A stretch of 16,119 nucleotides of DNA from Octopus sinensis (lineage: Eukaryota). The notes beneath the pieces were generated by a model. The model had not been told where the DNA came from. It ran no database searches and saw only the letters and a program-made list of their open reading frames with translations. Every line of letters begins with the position of its first letter. Position 1 is the stretch's first letter. Both the position numbers and the translations under genes were made by a program. The stretch is taken from assembly GCF_006345805.1 (NCBI RefSeq), contig NW_021825098.1, positions 1-16,119 of the forward strand, written 5' to 3'. This document shows positions 1 to 8,715 of the stretch, in pieces.

Positions 1-43
1 ACACAACATGCTATTAGACATGAGAAGAGTGATAATATTAGTG

Positions 44-46
44 TGC

Positions 47-90
<44 letters not shown>

Positions 91-604
91 GTATGTATAT
101 ATATATATATATATGTATATAGAGAGATAGATATGTTTTATGTAGGCACACGAATACACATAGGTACATGCGTCGGTACTTACACACACACATGTGTATA
201 TATACATGTGTGTGTGTGTAAATAGGTATAAACGTCTGTATATCGCCATATATCTATGTATACACATGTATATGTAAACCTATTGTCAGTTTGTGCACGT
301 GTGCGTGTGTACATTCGTGTATGTATGTATATATATATATATAGATAGATAGATATATAGATATATGCATGTATATATATATATATATAATATATATATA
401 TATATGCATCTATGTAACTATATGCATGTATAGATACGTAGGTATTAGAATATATATTACGCTATAGACACGCTATACACAAGCACTCAGTACAAATATA
501 CATGTATACACGCACACATACCTTCACATATTTACACGCACACTCATATATATACGTATATACAAAATTATATATATATATATATATAAATATATATATA
601 TATA

Positions 605-660
<56 letters not shown>

Positions 661-831
661 CAAAAACATATATATATATAACTATATATATGTATATATT
701 TATACTTATAAATATATATATATAAATATATATGTACAAATTTAGATATATATATTTGTACATATATATATTTATATATATGTATATGTATACATATACA
801 TATATACATACACACACACACATATATACAT

Positions 832-889
<58 letters not shown>

Positions 890-1025
890 GCGTCTACACG
901 GACACAAAAAGTACTGCATTGACTACAGTTCAATATCGTTTATTGTTGTTGTTATTGACGTCTATATATATATATACGTGTGTGTGTGTGTGTGTGTTGT
1001 TGTTGTTGTTGTTGCTGCTGCTAAC
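44..1025. repeat. Compound microsatellite field: (AT)n, (AC)n/(GT)n, (ATGT)n, (GTT)n
   Basis: Long (AT)n runs at 44-115 and 540-880, (AC)n at 810-890, (GT)n then (GTT)n/(GCT)n at 977-1022, with short unique linkers. Confidence 0.97.
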
Positions 1026-1448
1026 AAGAACGTTTGCGGAGAAGGGTAACGAGATCTTAAAGGTCAGCAACAACACCACCAACAACAGCAATGTACCAAT
1101 ATCAACATAGTCAACACCGCAAAATTGTAAACAGACGTGATGGCCACGTCTGGAACGAGTCAGTTCACAGCCCCTCCCAATCGATCTGGAATGATGTGGA
1201 GCCTTCCTAAAACATTCAAATAAACACAGACAATTTTTTATTTTTTTTTATTTTCATAGACGTGATGGCCATGCTCGGAACGAGCCTGATCAAATGCCGC
1301 AGTGACTTGAGTTGGCCTGTGGCTAAAATATTGAATAAACACAGTTTCTGTATAGACGTGATGGCCATGCTCGGAACGAGCCTGATCAAACGCCGCAACG
1401 ACTTGAGTTGGCCTGTGGCTAAAATATTGAATAAACACAGTTTCTGTA

Positions 1449-1848
1449 CAGACGTGATGGCCATCTCTGGAAAGAATGTGATCAAACAGCGACTGGTTAT
1501 GGGTCAACCTGGGGCCAAAATATCGAATAAACACGGAGTGTTTCTGTATAGACGTGATGGTCACGCCTGGAACGAGTCTGATCAAGCACCGACTCGATAT
1601 AGGTTAGCTTGGGACTAAAATATCGAATAAACACGGACAGTTTCTGTACAGAGGTGATGGGCATCTCCGGAACGAGTGTGATCAAACAACGACTCGGTAT
1701 GGGTCTATCTGGGGCCAAAATATCGAATAAACACAATGCGTTTCTGTATAGGCGTAATGGTCACGCCTGGAACGAGTCTGATCAAACACCGACTCGATAT
1801 AGGTTAGCCTGGGACTAAAATATTGAATAATCCCGGACTGTTTCTCTG
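1449..1848. repeat. 200-bp dimeric higher-order repeat (2 copies) within the type-1 array
   Basis: Units at 1449 and 1649 resemble each other (CATCTC.GG, GGGGCCAAAA). Units at 1549 and 1749 resemble each other (CACGCCTGG, GATATAGGTTAGC.TGGGACT). The preceding two units (1257, 1353) are a near-identical 96-bp pair. Confidence 0.9.
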
Positions 1849-2325
1849 TAGACGTGATGGTCACGCTTGGAATGAAACTGATAAAATACTGGTTCGATGT
1901 GCTTTGACCTAGGGCTAAACATAAAAACAACAAAGCGTGCCGGTTTATAGACGTAATGGTCACATGTGGAACGTTTTTGATCGTACGCCTATTCCATGGA
2001 CGTGATGGTTATATGTGGAGCGCTTTTGTCATACGCTTGTTCGATGTAGGTAGGCATAAAAAAAAGCAACGTCAGACTAAATGGATGTGATGGTCACGGC
2101 TAGAACGCTTTTGATCATAGGCTTGACCGATCGGAAACAGTGAAGCAGCAACTTCTTATATGTAGACGGGATAGTCACGACCGGATTGTCTTTGATCTTA
2201 CACTGGGTCCATCTGGAGCTAAGCATGCGTTTACAACAGCACCATCTTAATAGGCGTGGTGGTCATATGTGGAATGTTTTTTGCCCAGAAGTCTGCTCGA
2301 TCAGAGCTGCCATTGGTGTAACAGT

Positions 2326-2860
2326 AACATTAACTTCTATGTCGACGGGATGGTCACGGTTTAGATTATTATTGATCATAGGTCTGTCCGGTCAGTACTG
2401 ACCTGGTGTTAAACGGCACAAAAACTCTACTAACGCAGGATGGTCATAAAAGGCATGTTTTTCATCGTAGGTCAACTCGTTTAGGATAAGACCGAGGGTT
2501 AAACAATACCAGTAAACAATAACATCGATAGAACCTCTATGTGGCCAGCAGGTCTGCTAGAAATACCAGCCAAATGTCCCACGAACCACGCAACATTAAC
2601 TTCTATGTCGACGGGATGGTCACGGTTTAGATTATTATTGATCATAGCTCTGTCCGGTCAGTACTGACCTGGTGTTAAACGGCACAAAAACTCTTCTAAT
2701 GCAGGATGGTCATAAAAGGCATGTTTTTCATCGTAGGTCAACTCGTTTAGGATAAGACCGAGGGTTAAACAATACCAGTAAACAATAACATCGATGGAAC
2801 CTCTATGTGGCCAGCAGGTCTGCTAGAAATACCAGCCAAATGTCCCACGAACCACGCAAC
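2326..2860. repeat. 266-bp direct tandem duplication spanning the type-1/type-2 junction
   Basis: AACATTAACTTCTATGTCGACGGG...ACGAACCACGC starts at 2326 and again at 2592 with only a few differences. Each copy holds two degenerate type-1 units and one type-2 unit. Confidence 0.95.
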
Positions 2861-3088
2861 CGATTGTCTCATATTTACGTAAATAAATGTCTAAAAAAAT
2901 ACCTAAAAGAGATAGGATGGTCGTTAACGGACCGTCTTTGATCATGGTGTCTATTTGACCGCGAGTCTCTATGGGCAAAACAACAGCTAGAAGAATAGTA
3001 AAAACACGAGCCAAGGAGTACGTTCATTTCTATAGAAACAGTAGCCAAGTCACCCTCAAATCACTGTCTTTTGTATGTATATATGTAT

Positions 3089-3866
3089 GAGCCAACGAGG
3101 GAGGCCTCCACGTGGTAGCTAGATTTGGTAGAAATAACAACCAAATCTCCCTCTAATCACACCCTACTGCCTCCTGTATGAGCCAGTGCGGGAGACCTCT
3201 ATGTGGTAGCTAGTGATGGTAGAAATAGCAGCCAAATCTCCCTCAAATCATATCTTACTGTCATATGTATGTATATATGTATGAGCCAAGGAGGGAGGCC
3301 TCCACGTGGTAGCTAGATTTGGTAGAAATAACAACCAAATCTCCCTCTAATCACACCCTACTGCCTCCTGTATGAGCCAGTGCGGGAGACCTCTATGTGG
3401 TAGCTAGTGATGGTAGAAATAGCAGCCAAATCTCCCTCAAATCATATCTTACTGTCATATGTATGTATATATGTATGAGCCAAGGAGGGAGGCCTCCACG
3501 TGGTAGCTAGATCTGGTAGTAATAACAACCAAATCTCCCTCTAATCACACCCTACTGCCTCCTGTATGAGCCAGTGCGGGAGACCTCTATGTGGTAGCTA
3601 GTGATGGTAGAAATAGCAGCCAAATCTCCCTCAAATCATATCTTACTGTCATATGTATGTATATATGTATGAGCAAACGAGGGAGGCCTCCACGTGGTAG
3701 CTAGATTTGCTAGAAATAACAACCAAATCTCCCTCTAATCACACCCTACTGCCTCATGTATGAGCCAGTGAGGATGACCTCTATGTGGTACCTAATGATA
3801 GTAGAAATAGCAGCCAAATTCCTCTCAAATCATATCTTACTGTCTCATTTATGTATATATATGTAT
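3089..3866. repeat. 194-bp dimeric higher-order repeat (91+103 bp), 4 copies
   Basis: A units at 3089, 3283, 3477, 3671 and B units at 3180, 3374, 3568, 3762, each with exactly 194-bp spacing. Confidence 0.95.
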
Positions 3867-4919
3867 GAGCCAACGAGGGAAGCCCTTACATGGTAAATAG
3901 AGCTGCTAGAAATAACAGACAAACGTCAATCAAATCACACTTTACTGTCTAGCTTATGGATATCCAAACGCGTGTATATGGCTTATATATGCATACATGC
4001 GTGTATATATCTCCTGTATGTATATATGTATGTGTGAGCCAACGGGGAAGAGCTCTACATAGGACCGAGAATTCTTAGAAAGAATAGTCACAACTCCCTC
4101 AAATCACATTCTACTGTCTTGTGTAAGTATATATAAATGTATGAGGCTATGAGGGACACCTTTATAAAGTAGACCTGTTAGAAATAGCAGCTAAATCTCC
4201 CTCAAATCACGCTCTACTGTCTAATGTATATATGAACCCATGAGGGAGACCTCTACATAGCAGCTAGAAATAGCAACCAAATCTCGTTCAACTTATATGT
4301 GTGAATGAAACAACAAGGGGCACCTCTACATTGTAGCTTCACCTGGTAGAAATAACAGGCAAATCTCACTCAAATCATACCTTACTGTCTCGTGTGTATG
4401 AGCCAATGAAGGACACCTCTACGTTGTAACTAGACCTGGTAGAAATTGCAGCTAAATCTCCCTCAAATCACACCCTACTCTCTTACATACATATATATAT
4501 GTGTGTGTGTGTATGAGCCAATGAAGGAAACCTCTACATGGTAGCTAGATCTGGTAGAAATAGCAGCTAAATCTCTCTCAAATCACAACCTGTTTTCTTA
4601 TGTATGTATACATGTATGTATGAACCAATGAGGGAGACCTCTACATGGTACCTGGAGCTAGTAGAAATAGCAGCTAAATCTCTCTCAAATCACACCCTGT
4701 TTTCTTATGTATGTATATATGTATGTATGAACCAATGAGGGAGACCTCTACATGGTACCTGGAGCTAGTAGAAATAGCAGCTAAATCTCTCTCAAATCAC
4801 AACCTATTTTCTTATGTATGTATATATGAATGTATGAGCCAATGAGGGAGTCCTCTACATGGTACCTGGAGCTGGTAGAAATAGCAGTGAAATCTCCCTC
4901 AAAATTTGTACCCGACTGT

Positions 4920-5276
4920 CTGAGATATGCAAGGAGGTACAATTAGTTAAATGTAGTCCTAGACAAAACGAAAAGGAGAAGGAGAAACGAAAGACGAGAT
5001 GGCCACAGTTAGAGCGCTACAACGAGGCTTTTTTTGATCATGGGTCCGTTTGATCGGTTTTGACCTGGCGTTAATAACCACAACAACAACAACGAGATTT
5101 ACAATTCGACAGAAGATCGGTGATGCTTCTATCTGCAGTCACACTGCAGATAGAAACACACCGCCGACCCCCCCCACCCGCCCTCCGCCACGAAATAGCA
5201 ACAACATCGCCACCGCCGCCGCCGCCGCCGACGACGATAACAACGATCACGGCTATAGCAACGAGTATAACATAGA
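4920..5276. other. ~357-bp insertion interrupting the type-2 array; contains one type-1 monomer, a 13-bp hairpin and CCG/ACG/AAC triplet tracts
   Basis: Non-type-2 sequence lies between the unit end ACTGT (4915-4919) and ACTGT (5277-5281) followed by the (TG)n linker. 4992-5080 aligns to type 1 (AGACGAGATGGCCAC...TTTTGATCAT...TTTGACCTGG). Confidence 0.8.
5127..5155. other. Perfect inverted repeat, 13-bp stem, 3-nt loop
   Basis: TTCTATCTGCAGT-CAC-ACTGCAGATAGAA; all 13 pairs are Watson-Crick. Confidence 0.95.
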
Positions 5277-5496
5277 ACTGTGTGTGTGTGTGTGTGTATG
5301 AGCCAATGAAGGAAACCTCTACATGGTACGCTAGATCTGGTAGAAATAGCAGCTAAATCTCTCTCAAATCACAACCTATTCTCTTATGTATCTATATATG
5401 AATGTATGAGCCAATGAGGGAGACCTCTACAAGGTACCTGGAGCTAGTAGAAATAGCAGCTAAATCTCTCAAATCACACCCTACTCTCTTATATAC

Positions 5497-5540
<44 letters not shown>

Positions 5541-6124
5541 ATGAGCCAATGAAGGAAACCTCTACATGGTAAGCTAGACCTGGTAGAAATAGCAGCTAAA
5601 TCTCCCTCAAATCACGGTCTTACTGTCTAATGTATATATGAACCCATGAGGGAGACCTCTACATAGCAGCTAGCCTTCCTAGAAATAGCAACCAAATCTC
5701 GTTCAACTTATATGTGTGAATGAAACAACAAGGGGCACCTCTACATTGTAGCTTCACCTGGTAGAAATAACAGGCAAATCTCCCTCAAATCATACCTTAC
5801 TGTCTCGTGTGTATGAGCCAATGAAGGAAACCTCTACATGGTAGCAAGATCTGGTAGAAATAGCAGCTAAATCTCCCTCAAATCACACCCTACTCTCTTA
5901 TATACATATATATATATATGTGTGTGTGTGTATGAGCCAATGAAGGAAACCTCTACATGGTAGCTAGATCTGGTAGAAATAGCAGCTAAATCTCTCTCAA
6001 ATCACACCCTGTTTTCTTATGTATGTATACATGTATGTATGAGCCAATGAGGGAGACCTCTACATGTACCTGGAGCTAGTAGAAATAGCAGCTAAATCTC
6101 TCTCATATCACAACCTATTCTCGT

Positions 6125-6611
6125 ATGTATGTATATATGAATGTATGTGTGTGTGTGTGTATGTGTGTGTATGTCTATAAACACCCAGAAGTAAATATAT
6201 TGTGTGTAGTGTACACAAATTTGTACACACGTGTGTACGTGTGTGCGTGCGTATATATATATATTATATATATATATATATATATTATATATATTGTATG
6301 TATGTATATATATTAATAATATAAGGGTGCTGTTATATAAGGTATATATATATGTGTGTGCGAGTATGTAATACACACACATACATACTCGCACACACAG
6401 AAGGAAGTAAACACATTTGCGTGAAGTGTATACAACTATAAGGCCAGTCCATGTGCGCGTGTATGTATATGCACATACATACCTACATACAGATAGTTAA
6501 ATAGATATGTGTATGTATGTATGTATATATATACACACGCAAACACGTATTATATAATGTGTGTATGTAAGACTGACAGAGAGAGAGAGAGAGGGAGACA
6601 GACAGACAGAC

Positions 6612-6652
<41 letters not shown>

Positions 6653-6770
6653 AGAGAGAGAGAGAGAGGTAGAGAGATTGATAGACAGATAGACTGACAG
6701 ACAGACAGACAGATAGATAGATAGATAGGTAGACAGATAGATAGACAGACAGACAGATAGTCAGGTAGAC

Positions 6771-6825
<55 letters not shown>

Positions 6826-6838
6826 TAGTCAGGTAGAC

Positions 6839-6905
<67 letters not shown>

Positions 6906-7032
6906 TTAGCCGAGAGGTAAGTAAAATATATATATCTACGTTTTTTTTGCATTATTCATAACCGACAGAAGTTACAGAGTGACTCAGAGACACAGAGTTT
7001 CGTACCTCACCCAACCTATCAATCTATATATG

Positions 7033-7078
<46 letters not shown>

Positions 7079-7085
7079 TATGTAA
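6125..7085. repeat. Microsatellite field including a (GATA)n/(GACA)n block at ~6580-6905
   Basis: (TG)n, (TA)n and (GA)n runs, then long GATA/GACA runs; AGTCAGGTAGACAGATAG occurs twice, ~69 bp apart. Confidence 0.95.
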
Positions 7086-7100
7086 GTACTTTTGTTATTA

Positions 7101-7139
7101 TTGTTTCAGTAATCAGGCCGCGGCCGAGCTGGAGCACGC
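7101..7139 (+). mobile_element. Possible decayed fragment of an abundant Octopus interspersed (SINE-like) repeat
   Basis: TTGTTTCAGTAATCAGGCCGCGGCCGAGCTGGAGCACGC resembles, from memory only, the frequent Octopus repeat start TTGTTTCAGTCATTTGACTGCGGCCATGCTGGAGCAC. No database search was run. Confidence 0.4.
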
Positions 7140-7274
7140 ATATATATATATATACACACACACACACCCACACACACACACACACACATGTGTACAGAAT
7201 CAGACCGATAAAGTACTAAACAGCGATGAAACACTATCAAAACATTTAATAATATTTATACCAGTTACTACAAT

Positions 7275-7454
7275 CAGCATCATCATCGCCACCACCACCA
7301 TCGCCGCCACCATCATCATCATCATCATCATCGTCGTCACCATCATCGTCGTCATTTACACTAGCAGCTGATATACAGCCAACAACTTGCTTGTAAGTCA
7401 TTTTATAAACACCGCACACACGCATCTACGTGTGTGTGTGTGTGTGTGTTCATA

Positions 7455-7491
<37 letters not shown>

Positions 7492-7669
7492 GTGTGTGTG
7501 TGTTTCTGTGTGGTATGTGTGTGGATATATATATATGTTTGTATATTTGTGTGAGTGTGTACATGTGTTATGTTCATGTATGTGTATATATATATACACG
7601 TGCGTGTTTGTGTCTAGTTGTATGTGTTTGTGTGTGTTTATGTGTATATATATATATTGTGTGTGTGTG

Positions 7670-7734
<65 letters not shown>

Positions 7735-7862
7735 TATATTATGTGTGTATGTATACATATATATACATATATATATATATATACATAAATATATATATAT
7801 ACATACATATATACATACGTATATATATTATATATATATATATGTATATACACACACACACG
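7275..7862. repeat. Microsatellite field: (CAT)/(CAC)/(CGT) triplets, then (TG)n, (TA)n, (GA)n
   Basis: CATCATCATC/ACCACC/CGTCGT triplets at 7275-7355; dinucleotide runs at 7428-7862. Confidence 0.93.
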
Positions 7863-7899
7863 CGCTCATTAAACCAGCATCAACGAGAATAAACAAGCA

Positions 7900-8005
7900 A
7901 GCAACACACCACCACCACCCCGCCTCTCCGCATCATCATCATCATCATCATCATCTTCATGTTCTGTCAGAATGCACCGCCGCCACCGCCACCACCACCA
8001 CCACT

Positions 8006-8037
<32 letters not shown>

Positions 8038-8715
8038 CAACAGCAACAACGAAAACAACAGCCTGCAACACCTCAACGTACTACATCCCAAACAATACCA
8101 TAACAACACAGCCACAACACAGCTTTCCCGTACAACAACACTATCGCACCACTCACACTACAACCACCGCTACAGCACTTCGTACTACCACCGCAACTGC
8201 ATCACAACACGCCACGCCACACCGCATCGACAACCGCAACACTTGCCGCTTGTACTCTACACGTACCACGCACTACAGCCTCAACACTGTTACGGTACAG
8301 CACACCACTACAAATACTACGACCGATACACTAGCAAATCGTACCACCAACACCACAGCTACAGGAAAACTACCGCCTGTACTGTACTAGTGGTCTGTAC
8401 TGTAGCCTGAACGTTCTTACGATATAGCACATCACTACAATACTATGACCGCTACACTAGCATACAATACTACAGCTACAACCGCAGCTACAACACAGCA
8501 GTATTATCATGGTACCACTATGTACTACAGCTACCACAACAACAACAACAAACAACACTAAACTACCGCCTGTACCACAACACCAACATACCACATGGCA
8601 TCACCGCATCAAGATAATACTACCACCACCTGTACTGCTCTAAGCAGTCACAGTACTAGCGCCGATACCACAACATGTGTATCACCTATATTAAGGACAC
8701 TGACCACCACGAACA
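7900..8715. repeat. A/C-rich triplet low-complexity region (CAT, CAC, ACC, AAC, ACT) with Thr-codon-like periodicity
   Basis: (CAT)n 7932-7957, (ACC)n/(AAC)n 7975-8050, then degenerate ACN-rich sequence that is poor in G and T on the + strand. Confidence 0.85.

Larger units (their letters stand above)
1131..2960. repeat. Type-1 tandem repeat array, ~96-100 bp units, about 18 copies, increasingly degenerate to the right
   Basis: Motif YAGACGTGATGG(T/C)CA..GGAACGAG..TGATCAAA starts at 1132, 1257, 1353, 1449, 1549, 1649, 1749, 1849, 1948. Degenerate copies at ~1997, 2082, 2163, 2251, 2342, 2434, 2608, 2700, 2908. Confidence 0.95.
4190..6105. repeat. ~500-bp multi-unit block duplicated within the type-2 array (about 4190-4690 and 5598-6105)
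   Basis: Same ordered series of diagnostic variants in both blocks: GAACCCATGAGGG..TCTCGTTCAAC, GAAACAACAAGGGGCACC, GAGCCAATGAAGG (twice), GTACCTGGAGCTAGTAG. Confidence 0.9.
3010..6125. repeat. Type-2 tandem repeat array: ~85-bp conserved core plus variable TA/TG microsatellite linker, 26 clear copies plus degenerate upstream copies
   Basis: Core starts at 3089, 3180, 3283, 3374, 3477, 3568, 3671, 3762, 3867, 4036, 4143, 4234, 4307, 4400, 4515, 4622, 4729, 4836, 5300, 5408, 5543, 5640, 5722, 5815, 5934, 6041. TAGAAA is essentially invariant. Confidence 0.97.

Noticed and set aside
231-965. Inverted copies of the type-1 arm (ACGTCTGTA near 233, GACGTCTA near 958) as terminal inverted repeats
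   Set aside because: The matches are only 7-9 nt with no flanking homology, which is not distinguishable from chance.
1216-1963. Repeat-derived ORFs on both strands of the type-1 array as annotated genes
   Set aside because: They are open only because the 96-bp units are a multiple of 3, the 100-bp units shift frame, and there is no recognisable family. Kept only as a speculative finding.
5127-5155. Rho-independent terminator or canonical Helitron 3' end
   Set aside because: The DNA is not prokaryotic, there is no U-tract, and no CTRR lies within ~20 nt on either strand.
1131-6125. CRISPR array interpretation of the repeat-linker pattern
   Set aside because: The context is eukaryotic, repeats are 85-100 bp and divergent, linkers are microsatellites or homologous rather than unique spacers, and there are no cas genes.
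1257-6125. Hammerhead ribozyme in type-1 (CTGATCA/GTGATCA) or type-2 (GAAA) units
   Set aside because: No CUGANGA-stem II-GAAA-stem III-UH arrangement was found on either strand. CTGATCA breaks the C3-G8 pair, and the GTGATCA variants lack a stem II followed by GAAA.
6902-6922. Micro-exon ending in the consensus donor GAG|GTAAGT
   Set aside because: The donor is strong, but the upstream CAG sits in purine-rich GACA repeats with no pyrimidine tract; a chance match is likely.
7745-8410. Pro/Thr-rich and His/Thr-rich ORFs as a mucin or extensin CDS
   Set aside because: Overlapping frames start within microsatellites, there is no signal peptide or splice support, and the Thr-rich phase shifts repeatedly.
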